Part shown: positions 1 to 7,642 of the stretch, piece after piece
Numbering within the stretch: the first letter of the stretch is position 1
How the letters are laid out: the number at the start of each line of letters is the position of its first letter
Assembly (NCBI GenBank): GCA_036339875.1
Contig: JAYZAC010000174.1
Span: 1-14,660 of the forward strand
Direction of reading: 5' to 3'
Length of the DNA stretch: 14,660 nt
From: a bacterium
GTDB lineage: Bacteria; Muiribacteriota; UBA6191
The notes under the pieces: generated by a model
What the model was told of the DNA's origin: nothing
The model's database searches: none
What the model saw: the letters and a program-made list of their open reading frames with translations, nothing else
Program-made: the position numbers and the translations under genes

Positions 1-50
1 GTAATCAATAAGCTAAAACAAACAATACCTAGTATATAATCAAATCTCAA
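1..50 (-). CDS. Possible 5' end of a membrane/secreted protein gene running off the left edge (partial)
   Basis: TTG at 50-48 overlaps the end of the 40..369 gene and opens MRFDYILGIVCFSLLI..., a basic residue followed by a hydrophobic run, with no stop before the edge. Only 16 codons are visible and the RBS is weak. Confidence 0.3.
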   Translation of the reverse strand, partial: MRFDYILGIVCFSLLI

Positions 51-369
51 GTGCTAAAAATCTTTCAATAGAATCGATTATTTCCTGTTGATTAATTTCT
101 GATGTTACCGAGATACATAGGTCTTTACCAGTCGATCGGTTTTGTATGAAAATTGTACTAGCATCAAGAGGACAGTGTCCTAAGCAACTTGTTTCACAAG
201 CTCTTATTTTTCCCCAAAATCCAGCTTTCTTAAATCTCATTTTCAGTTCTGATTTGAGTTCATCAAATGGTTGAGCATCTAAATTTCGTTTAGCCAACCT
301 TGGCCTACATTTATTACAAAGTAGGACTAAGCCTTTTTCAAATTTTGGTTTTTCAGTTTTCATAGTCAT
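40..369 (-). CDS. Small Cys-rich protein, thioredoxin-like (2Fe-2S) ferredoxin-type
   Basis: VLLCNKC near the N-terminus plus ETSCLGHCP, the pattern of thioredoxin-fold [2Fe-2S]/metal-binding proteins. Starts 8 nt after the upstream stop. Start may be 369 or 363. Confidence 0.7.
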   Translation of the reverse strand: MTMKTEKPKFEKGLVLLCNKCRPRLAKRNLDAQPFDELKSELKMRFKKAGFWGKIRACETSCLGHCPLDASTIFIQNRSTGKDLCISVTSEINQQEIIDSIERFLALEI

Positions 370-377
370 TGATTTCG

Positions 378-1232
378 TTATAGGTAAAAAGTTTCACGTG
401 CTTTGTAGTCGTCTTTATCAGTTTTTTGAATTCTCGCTGCATCACAGTTTGGGTCGTGTTCAAAAAATAAAATCCAGTCTTCTTGATATGCTTGTGAAAG
501 AATCTCTTCTTTTTCCTTAAGTGTTTGTAAAGCATTGAGATCATATCCCATTATGAACGGTAGAGGGATATGGGAAGCCGTAGGAATTAGATCAGCACAA
601 TAGAGTAGTTGATTATGATTATCATGAATTTTTAATAACGCCATGTGTGGTGTATGGCCATGAACTTTCAAGATTGTTGTATTATCAAACAAACGATCTA
701 TATTTCCGTCAAATAGATTCAAGACTCCTGCATCTGCCATTAATCGATAATTCTCAGTTAAGAAAGAGGCTCTATCTCGTTTACTAGGTTTCTGGGCCCA
801 ATTCCAATGTGATTTTTCGACATGATAGGTGGCTTTAGGAAAGGTTAAATTGAGCTTTCCATTTTTTCGATATGTTGTTCCCCCAGCATGATCAAAATGA
901 AGATGAGTTAGGAAAACATCGGTAATATCCTCACGAGCATATCCAACTTTTTCAAGCTCTATTTCCAGATTTAGTCGATCATGGTCTATGCCATATATCT
1001 TTTCATGCTTTTTATCAAATTTAGTACCGATGCCCGTATCAACAAGTATGCGCTTGCATCCGTCATCTAATAAAAGGGTTCTCAAAGCTAATTCGATTCT
1101 GTTTTTGTCATCAGGGGGGTTGGTTTTCGCCCAAAGTACTTGAGGAATTACACCAAACATTGCTCCGCCATCGAGTCTGAAGCGACCAGTATCAATAGCA
1201 TGTATTTTATAATCGGCGATTTTAATCATCAT
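378..1232 (-). CDS. MBL-fold metallo-hydrolase, YtnP-like
   Basis: FRLDGGAMFGVIP N-terminal signature, LVDTG, THLHFDHAGG (HxHxDH), GHTPH, ADL, MGYD and FEHDP. Confidence 0.93.
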   Translation of the reverse strand: MMIKIADYKIHAIDTGRFRLDGGAMFGVIPQVLWAKTNPPDDKNRIELALRTLLLDDGCKRILVDTGIGTKFDKKHEKIYGIDHDRLNLEIELEKVGYAREDITDVFLTHLHFDHAGGTTYRKNGKLNLTFPKATYHVEKSHWNWAQKPSKRDRASFLTENYRLMADAGVLNLFDGNIDRLFDNTTILKVHGHTPHMALLKIHDNHNQLLYCADLIPTASHIPLPFIMGYDLNALQTLKEKEEILSQAYQEDWILFFEHDPNCDAARIQKTDKDDYKARETFYL

Positions 1233-1237
1233 TACCC

Positions 1238-2683
1238 TTAATTTTGATCCTCAAATAAATTTCCTGGAGCAGCCAGACCATTGGGGTCCCACTTATTCTT
1301 TACGGCTCTCATATCTTCTATGACTTCAGCATTCCATTGGATATCTAAAGCCCAGTGTTTTATTTTTCCAAGACCATGTTCACCGCAGACACCACCACCA
1401 AAATCTGCAGCACGTTGCATGCATTTTTTAGTGAAGTTTAGAGCTGCATCTTTTTCAGTAGCATCGGAAGGAATCAAATTAACATGCGGATGGCCATTTC
1501 CAATATGACCAAAAGCTACGACTGGTATAGATAGGTTCTTTAATTCGTTTCGAAGATATTGGAATTGTTCAATTAGATGTGGTAACGGTACCCACCAATC
1601 GCTGCTAACTTTCCCTCCACCCAGTGTTCGCTGTTTGGATGCGTGTTCATTAATTGTTGCCGGAACATGGTGACGTAGTTTGCGAAATTCTAATAATTCA
1701 TTGCGATCTTGAGCAACTAACGCTTGTTCAAAAAGGTCACTATTATTCTCTGAAACGGAGCAACTAATTTCCATTAATTTTTCCAGACAATTTTCAAGAA
1801 AACTGTCATTAAATTCTTCCATCTTTATGTATATGGTGCATGTATCTTCCGGAATTTCCAGACGGTCTGATTTACTTCTCATCATTGTCGTTGCCTCATG
1901 GTCCATATACTCAAGACAGCGAAGATTGAAGTAAGTTCGTTGTGCATTCATCTTCAGACTAAATTCGAGTGCTTCCTGTTCGCTATGGAAAAATAGAAAA
2001 ATACTCGTGAAAGGATTAGGTTTTTTTAATAGTAGAAGTTCAGCTTCGGTAATTATTCCTAGGGAACCTTCACTTCCTATCCACTCGTCAATTTCCTCTT
2101 TGCCTATATGATAACCAGCACGATTTTTCTCGCGACTCAATTCTAATGGGTTAGCTTCTCTTCTGAGAGTTATAAATTCGCCACTAGGTGTTACAATTTC
2201 AAGTCCGAGGACATAATTTCTGGAGCTACCATAATAGAAAGAATTTTCTCCGGTTGCATTGGTTGCTATGCTAGCGCCTAATTGAACTTCCTCCCAACTA
2301 GTCGGGTCTGGAGGATAGTGCCAACCATAAGCTTCCATCTCTTGCTGAAAATCGCCAAGTAATACACCCGGTTGAACTTTCACACAAGCTGTTCCGTTTC
2401 CTATATCTAAGGGTTTTTCAACTCCTTTAAATTTTTCCATTGAAATCAAGATTCCTCGGTGAGCTACGCTAGCCCCTGTTACCGAAGTTTGGGACCCACA
2501 TGCTGTAAATGGAATTCTATGTTGAGAACAAAGTTTAATTATTCGTTGCAGTTCGAATTTGTCGTTAGGTCTTAGGACTGCATCTGGGCTTCCTTTTAAT
2601 ACCACATCTTCGCAATATCCCTCATAGGCCTCATTATCAGGCAGAAGGGCTTTGAATTCTTCAAAAATTTTATCAATTAGCAT
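1238..2683 (-). CDS. FAD-binding oxidoreductase (GlcD / D-2-hydroxyacid dehydrogenase-like, VAO/PCMH family)
   Basis: PDAVLRP, VQPGVLL, YPPDPTS, LGASIATNA, GSEGSLGIITE, FGHIGNGHPH and C-terminal GEHGLGK...DPNG motifs. GGAGG RBS at 2692-2688 (minus strand). Confidence 0.92.
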   Translation of the reverse strand: MLIDKIFEEFKALLPDNEAYEGYCEDVVLKGSPDAVLRPNDKFELQRIIKLCSQHRIPFTACGSQTSVTGASVAHRGILISMEKFKGVEKPLDIGNGTACVKVQPGVLLGDFQQEMEAYGWHYPPDPTSWEEVQLGASIATNATGENSFYYGSSRNYVLGLEIVTPSGEFITLRREANPLELSREKNRAGYHIGKEEIDEWIGSEGSLGIITEAELLLLKKPNPFTSIFLFFHSEQEALEFSLKMNAQRTYFNLRCLEYMDHEATTMMRSKSDRLEIPEDTCTIYIKMEEFNDSFLENCLEKLMEISCSVSENNSDLFEQALVAQDRNELLEFRKLRHHVPATINEHASKQRTLGGGKVSSDWWVPLPHLIEQFQYLRNELKNLSIPVVAFGHIGNGHPHVNLIPSDATEKDAALNFTKKCMQRAADFGGGVCGEHGLGKIKHWALDIQWNAEVIEDMRAVKNKWDPNGLAAPGNLFEDQN

Positions 2684-2734
2684 TATGCCTCCACTTAGCT
2701 ATAATAAAACCTTTACTTAAGCTTGAGAAGTAAA

Positions 2735-2764
2735 TTGGTGAGATGGAATGATAGAAGGTATAAT
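2735..2764 (+). promoter_or_regulatory. Candidate sigma70-type promoter for 2788..3060
   Basis: TTGGTG (2735-2740), 18-nt spacer, TATAAT (2759-2764), with a second overlapping TATAAT at 2764-2769. Confidence 0.4.
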
Positions 2765-2787
2765 ATAATCGTACAAAGTGATACTTT

Positions 2788-3060
2788 ATGAGTCCTTCAA
2801 AACGTGTAAAAGACTTTCTTGGAAAAATACTTGAAGAAGAAGATCAAAATGATCGTAGTGCTCAAAAGGCAGATCAACGATGCCAAAAAATTTACGATAG
2901 GATTCATGAGTTAGTTCTTCAGAAAGATGAACTTAGAAAAGAATTAGAATTGGAGTCTGATCGTGAGGAACAGGCTCAAATTCAAGCAAATATTAGTCGT
3001 ATAGAACGAGAATTTAATGAATTACTAAACGTTCTATCTTTAGACTCCATGAATTTCTGA
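2788..3060 (+). CDS. Hypothetical small acidic coiled-coil protein
   Basis: 90-aa ORF that fills the intergenic space. Heptad-like helical, E/Q/K/R-rich sequence. No family recognised. Confidence 0.7.
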   Translation: MSPSKRVKDFLGKILEEEDQNDRSAQKADQRCQKIYDRIHELVLQKDELRKELELESDREEQAQIQANISRIEREFNELLNVLSLDSMNF

Positions 3061-3179
3061 TTACGCGTAAGTTATTATGTATAGTGAGTTTTGGAATAAA
3101 AATTTCACAATATTTCAAACTTTATAATGAATTCAACCGGTTGTATCCTACTCGGCTGGGCGTGCTAAAAGGAGCTTCA

Positions 3180-4385
3180 ATGCATAGTGAAGAAATTATC
3201 GAGATGACTGAAGCTTATGGAGCAATGAATTACAAGCCACTTCCTATCGTGATTGCTAAGGCTGAGGGTGTTTGGGTCGAGGATCCAGAAGGAAAAAGAT
3301 ATCTGGATTGTTTATCCTCTTACTCTGCATTGAATCAAGGTCATGGTCATCCAAGGCTATTGAAGGCTTTAACCCAGCAAGCACATCGCTGTACTCTTAC
3401 TTCAAGAGCATTTCACAACGATCAATTAGGCCCTTTTCTTAAGAAACTTACAAGTTTGTGCGGTATGGAAATGGCTTTACCAATGAATACGGGAGCAGAA
3501 GCCGTTGAAACTGCAATCAAAGCTGTTAGAAAATGGGGTTATATTAAAAAGAATATTCCTGATGATGCAGCTGAAATAATCGTTTGCACTGAGAATTTTC
3601 ATGGGAGGACAACAACAATTATCAGTTTTTCTTCAGAAGATTCTTACAAAGATGGTTTTGGTCCTTTTACACCAGGGTTTAAGATCATTCCCTACGGGGA
3701 TATTGCCGCTTTCAAAGCAGCTGTGAATACTAATACGGTAGCATTTTTGGTTGAACCGATTCAGGGAGAGGCAGGAGTAGTCGTTCCGAGTAAAGACTTT
3801 ATGATTGAAGCGGCAAGTATTTGTCGGGAACATAAGGTTTTATTCATTGCGGATGAAATTCAGACAGGCCTAGGTCGTACTGGAAAAATGTTTTGTATGG
3901 AACATTATAATATCGAGCCAGATGGTTACATATTAGGGAAGGCATTAGGTGGTGGTGTTTATCCCATATCAGCCTTTGTCGCCAGTAAGGAGATATTAGG
4001 GGTATTTAGGCCTGGAACTCATGGTTCTACTTTTGGAGGTAATCCACTGGCGTGTGCTGTAGCCATGGAGGCTATAGATGTCTTGGTCGAGGAAAATTTA
4101 ATCGAACGCAGTGCAGAGTTAGGTGAATATCTGAAGAACGGTCTGAATCTTATCAAATCTAAGCATATTGATCATATTCGGGGTAAAGGTCTCATGATAG
4201 GTATAGTTTTGAAGGATGATGCCGGAGGAGCGCGGCGTTTTTGCGAAGAATTAAAAGTGCGCGGGCTATTGTGTAAAGAAACCCACGAAACCGTTATTCG
4301 AATTACTCCTCCCTTGGTCATCAAAAAAGAGGAACTGGATTGGGCCATCGGTCAAATAACTGAAGTCTTGGAGACATTGGACTAA
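3180..4385 (+). CDS. rocD: Ornithine--oxo-acid aminotransferase (class III PLP enzyme)
   Basis: [78 protein letters not shown] (PLP Lys) and [11 protein letters not shown]. Start moved from the track's 3084 to ATG 3180, which follows AAGGAG (3169-3174) and gives 401 aa. Confidence 0.95.
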   Translation: MHSEEIIEMTEAYGAMNYKPLPIVIAKAEGVWVEDPEGKRYLDCLSSYSALNQGHGHPRLLKALTQQAHRCTLTSRAFHNDQLGPFLKKLTSLCGMEMALPMNTGAEAVETAIKAVRKWGYIKKNIPDDAAEIIVCTENFHGRTTTIISFSSEDSYKDGFGPFTPGFKIIPYGDIAAFKAAVNTNTVAFLVEPIQGEAGVVVPSKDFMIEAASICREHKVLFIADEIQTGLGRTGKMFCMEHYNIEPDGYILGKALGGGVYPISAFVASKEILGVFRPGTHGSTFGGNPLACAVAMEAIDVLVEENLIERSAELGEYLKNGLNLIKSKHIDHIRGKGLMIGIVLKDDAGGARRFCEELKVRGLLCKETHETVIRITPPLVIKKEELDWAIGQITEVLETLD

Positions 4386-4386
4386 T

Positions 4387-4866
4387 ATGAAAAATTTCGA
4401 CGCTAATTCTACTGAATGGAATCTGGATTCTTTCAACTTGAGATCCTACGGTATTTTAATCGAAGAGGGCCGCGTTTTACTCAGCAAAGAATGGTATCCG
4501 CATTATCCTGATGGGATGATTAAGTTTCCCGGTGGTGGAGTTCAATTAGGTGAAGGTCCGGGGCAGGCTGTTCGAAGAGAGTTTATGGAAGAGCTTGAAA
4601 TGCCAATTTCAATCGAGGGGGTTTTTCATGTACCTCATGGTTTCTTGAAATCTCATTTCGATAATACTCAAGTGGTTGCTATTTACTGGAAGGTTAAGCG
4701 CCTTGGGAGTCATATTCCTTTGGAGAGTCCGCGAGAGATATTGACTGATACAGGGACTCCGGGTCGGCAAAAATTCATGTGGATTCCTCTCGATGAATTC
4801 AAACCTGAGAAAATGACTTTCCCATTTGATAAACAAGTTGGTCAACTTTTAAGGAGCGACCAATAA
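4387..4866 (+). CDS. NUDIX hydrolase
   Basis: Nudix box G-GVQLG-E-GPGQAVR-RE-FM-EE-L preceded by KFPGG, and FNLRSYGILI at the N-terminus. Starts 1 nt after the rocD stop. Confidence 0.9.
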   Translation: MKNFDANSTEWNLDSFNLRSYGILIEEGRVLLSKEWYPHYPDGMIKFPGGGVQLGEGPGQAVRREFMEELEMPISIEGVFHVPHGFLKSHFDNTQVVAIYWKVKRLGSHIPLESPREILTDTGTPGRQKFMWIPLDEFKPEKMTFPFDKQVGQLLRSDQ

Positions 4867-4885
4867 AAACTTAGACTTTACTTTT

Positions 4886-5635
4886 TCAGCGAAGGGTAAC
4901 ATCGGTTTTTCGTATGCCTGCACAAGTCATAAGTTCTCTTCTAGCTCCTGAACGGATTAATTGTTTAACTAGCTTTGAATCTTGTACTAAAAGACTTCCT
5001 AAGAAATCAATTCTATAGTTTTTGAACTGGGGTGTTAACGGTGTACTTGGACCAATCAACCAAGATGTAGATCCTCCTATCAATCTTGATATAGATTCAA
5101 ATGTTTTATTTATTACGGTCGAGCCCGTTATTAGAATTATATTGCATCCTGGTATCAAATACTCGGCTGCAGTCGATGGGTATTCATTAGCTCGAATTGG
5201 ATTCATCTCTAGGATGGTTACTTTCTGGTTTAATTTGTCGAGAAACGGAAAATGTCCGACACTAACAATTTTCTTATTTGCTTGTTGAGCAGCATCTAAA
5301 TATTCAAGTAAATGTAATTTAGTCTCTAGAGAGTAGTCTCCAAATTTATTTTCAAGAGTTATTTTCGTGTTCCAGAAAGAGTTTATTGCTGCTAATCCCA
5401 GACTGGCTTCTAGAAAATTCCATGAATTCACTTGCAAGGCTAGATTTTTTACTGGATGACCTATCCAATTTTTATAAAGAGAAGTATTTAGACCACCTTT
5501 ATAAGTCATCGCTAAGCCTGCGCCTAATTCAGACTCGACGAGAGTCCAGCCTTCACCTTGTATAACGTCGATAATGCTGAGATCATTTGGTATGGGCTCA
5601 ATTAATTGCTTATAAAATTCACTTAATATAATCAT
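4886..5635 (-). CDS. DUF364 (with DUF4213-like N-terminus) Rossmann-like protein, putative metal chelation
   Basis: WTLVESELGAGLAMT, SWNFLEASLGLAAINS, VGHFPF, EYLIPGCNIILITGSTVINKT and IGPSTPL are typical of this family. Confidence 0.85.
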   Translation of the reverse strand: MIILSEFYKQLIEPIPNDLSIIDVIQGEGWTLVESELGAGLAMTYKGGLNTSLYKNWIGHPVKNLALQVNSWNFLEASLGLAAINSFWNTKITLENKFGDYSLETKLHLLEYLDAAQQANKKIVSVGHFPFLDKLNQKVTILEMNPIRANEYPSTAAEYLIPGCNIILITGSTVINKTFESISRLIGGSTSWLIGPSTPLTPQFKNYRIDFLGSLLVQDSKLVKQLIRSGARRELMTCAGIRKTDVTLR

Positions 5636-5713
5636 AATTCAGTGATTTTTTTACGACGAATGTCGAGCTTTCCAGTTTTGGAGGTAAGTTCTTTAAGACA
5701 AACTATCCAGATC

Positions 5714-5773
5714 ATGAGATTCTCATTGATTTTCAATTTCTAGATTTTTCAATATTGGATTGCAATTTCTAGA
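5714..5773. repeat. Palindrome plus three imperfect 14-15 bp tandem direct repeats upstream of the DUF364 gene
   Basis: ATGAGA-T-TCTCAT (5714-5726), then GATTTTCAATTTCTA (5728-5742), GATTTTTCAATATTG (5743-5757) and GATTGCAATTTCTA (5758-5771). CAATTTCTAGA occurs exactly at 5734 and 5763. Confidence 0.65.
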
Positions 5774-5802
5774 CTTCGTTCCATAGGAGGATTTTAACAA
5801 AA

Positions 5803-6621
5803 TTAAAATCGATATTGGGCACTGGCTGTGATGTTATCTTGATTACGTAAAAATAGCTTGTCGTAATCCCCGCTACTATTCCAGACAATTTGAAATGTAC
5901 TTGTATCAAACGTCAGTCTAAAACCACTAGAGAAGATATCTCCGTTATAGTCATAAAGCCATTGAATATTGTTGCCTAGATTAACTTGTCCTCCGATCAC
6001 TGGATAAATTTCGTCGGGTCGACCAACTACCTCTAGCGCATTTTGTTGCATTCCAGTAGTTGCTGTTCGACGAATCATTCGGTACCCGCCAAATTGGGCA
6101 ACACCAAAAGGAAGTTCGCCAAGGACTCGTGGTTCTGTCAGTTCAGTTCCCGATACATTGGTGCCTAAACCGGCATAGAAGGCTTTCCATCCGAATGTTG
6201 CAATAATGCTCGTGTAATCGTGTGAGGACCCTGGAATTATAGCGCTAATAGCTGCAGGTAAACTATCGTTGGGAAAAGAGTATTTTAGATTCCAAAAATA
6301 TCTTCTACGTCGATTAGCAGATCCAGTGAAGAATTCCTGACCTGATGCAAACTCGACATTTTGCACTACACCGGCATTAAAGCTCAGCCAATGATGCGCT
6401 CCTCGTTCCTGAATAAGTGTAGACGGGTCTCGCTGCTCGAAAAAGTTGACCGAGTAAACGCCAGCACCCTCTTCCAAACGACGGCTGAAAGGCGAGGGCG
6501 TCATTATCGCACCAGTTAAACCGTGCATCGTACTATATAAATCATCAGCAAAGTTATTAGATATGCTAATTGCAAAAAATAAAACGGTCAGAATGGTGAC
6601 TTTAGTATTTGGCGAAATCAT
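5803..6621 (-). CDS. Hypothetical exported protein, probable outer-membrane beta-barrel (YjbH-like N-terminus)
   Basis: Signal-peptide-like TKVTILTVLFFAISISNNFA, then GLTGAIMTPS (YjbH-like GxxGxIxTP), alternating hydrophobic/aromatic strands and C-terminal AQYRF. ATG 6621 with upstream GAAGG is preferred over the track's TTG at 6666. Confidence 0.6.
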   Translation of the reverse strand: MISPNTKVTILTVLFFAISISNNFADDLYSTMHGLTGAIMTPSPFSRRLEEGAGVYSVNFFEQRDPSTLIQERGAHHWLSFNAGVVQNVEFASGQEFFTGSANRRRRYFWNLKYSFPNDSLPAAISAIIPGSSHDYTSIIATFGWKAFYAGLGTNVSGTELTEPRVLGELPFGVAQFGGYRMIRRTATTGMQQNALEVVGRPDEIYPVIGGQVNLGNNIQWLYDYNGDIFSSGFRLTFDTSTFQIVWNSSGDYDKLFLRNQDNITASAQYRF

Positions 6622-6719
6622 CCTTGATGCCTTCAAAATTGTTACATTATGAAAAAGTACGAACAAAAGTTAGTAGTTCATAGAAAGTTTCGGTAGCGTT
6701 TTAATGAAAAGTTATGCCA

Positions 6720-6748
6720 TTGCAACAATTGTTTTCTACTGCTACACT
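6720..6748 (+). promoter_or_regulatory. Sigma70-type promoter of the 6775-9660 operon
   Basis: TTGCAA (6720-6725), 17-nt spacer, extended -10 TG-C-TACACT (6740-6748). The perfect palindrome AACAATTGTT (6724-6733) overlaps the -35 and spacer. Confidence 0.65.
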
Positions 6749-6774
6749 CCCCGCCACCCAATAGGTACAGTTAA

Positions 6775-7638
6775 GTGCAATTTCAAATACAAAAAGACAT
6801 AAATCAAATAAAAAATTCTGCTCTCCAGCATTTCTATCCATGGACAGAGCCTAAATCTAACTATCATTTATCTACCGTTGCTTTGATAGATGAGCAATTT
6901 TATTGGTTAGAGAACTTGGATAAATCTAATAAAAGTGTATTAGTTCTGAGAACTTCACTTAATGAGTTCATTCTCCATACTATCGAATTGTATTCTTGGG
7001 GAGAACGTTTGGTGCCTCAGGATCTATTTAGTATTCGAGACTTCATTATGGAATTTGATTTGGAGTGGGATGCATTATATGAATATTTTGGAGAATCTCT
7101 TCGTGAACTAAAGCTGAAGTGGGGGTTTATTTTAGATTTGCCACTCAAATATCAGAAGCTGATTCTCAATGGTATTGCCGAGCCTGGACTTCTGAAATAT
7201 ATGTGCAGTAATGGATTTAAATGGCGCGATTGTTATGCTGACATCCTCTCAGATTTTCAATTAAGTTACTCACAACAGCGAAATGTAATTGAATTATTAG
7301 GTCGTTATATTCGACGAGAGGGCTTCGATTCCGCTACTTTCATCAAGAAGTATCAAGATGTCTTAAATTCCTTCGACGGAGACAGACGTAAGCTAATTAG
7401 CTTTTTAAATGAGTTATGCAGTCCGAGGTTAGTCGAGTATCGTATGAAGCGAGAGAGTAAAATTAAAGATCTACAGCACAAATTGAATGCTGATCAAATT
7501 GAATGGGATCGCTCTCTTGAGTCCTGTAATATTAGACTTCACTGGTCTATTAAAACTTTTGAGGATTTTAAAGCTCTAAAGAAAATTCTAAAATCTAGTG
7601 AAATCGATGTGGCAATAGCAGAGATATTGGAGAATTAA
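6775..7638 (+). CDS. Hypothetical protein, divergent ParB/Spo0J-like
   Basis: 287-aa GTG-start ORF. FILDLPLKYQKLILNG resembles the Spo0J LLxLPxxVQxxxxxG segment. No GxRR motif. The CDS is well supported but the family call is tentative. Confidence 0.55.
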   Translation: MQFQIQKDINQIKNSALQHFYPWTEPKSNYHLSTVALIDEQFYWLENLDKSNKSVLVLRTSLNEFILHTIELYSWGERLVPQDLFSIRDFIMEFDLEWDALYEYFGESLRELKLKWGFILDLPLKYQKLILNGIAEPGLLKYMCSNGFKWRDCYADILSDFQLSYSQQRNVIELLGRYIRREGFDSATFIKKYQDVLNSFDGDRRKLISFLNELCSPRLVEYRMKRESKIKDLQHKLNADQIEWDRSLESCNIRLHWSIKTFEDFKALKKILKSSEIDVAIAEILEN

Positions 7639-7642
7639 AAGA

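Noticed and set aside
353..544. 63-aa minus-strand ORF
   Set aside because: Out-of-frame overlap with the well-supported MBL hydrolase and ferredoxin-like genes; no motif.
1281..1508. 75-aa plus-strand ORF
   Set aside because: Antisense shadow inside the FAD oxidase gene.
3084..3179. 32-aa N-terminal extension of rocD from the ORF track
   Set aside because: GTG has no RBS, the region contains promoter-like elements, and ATG 3180 has AAGGAG and matches the typical start of the family.
3633..3833. 66-aa minus-strand ORF
   Set aside because: Antisense shadow inside rocD.
4609..4845. 78-aa minus-strand ORF
   Set aside because: Antisense shadow inside the NUDIX gene.
5022..5288. 88-aa plus-strand ORF
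   Set aside because: Antisense shadow inside the DUF364 gene.
5728..5773. Repeats considered as a CRISPR remnant
   Set aside because: Units are only 14-15 bp, abut each other without spacers, and no cas genes are present.
5785..5810. Plus-strand AGGAGG and the inverted repeat GATTTTAA-caaaa-TTAAAATC
   Set aside because: No start codon follows the SD-like sequence. The hairpin is almost all A/T, overlaps a stop codon and has no U tract, so it is not called as a terminator.
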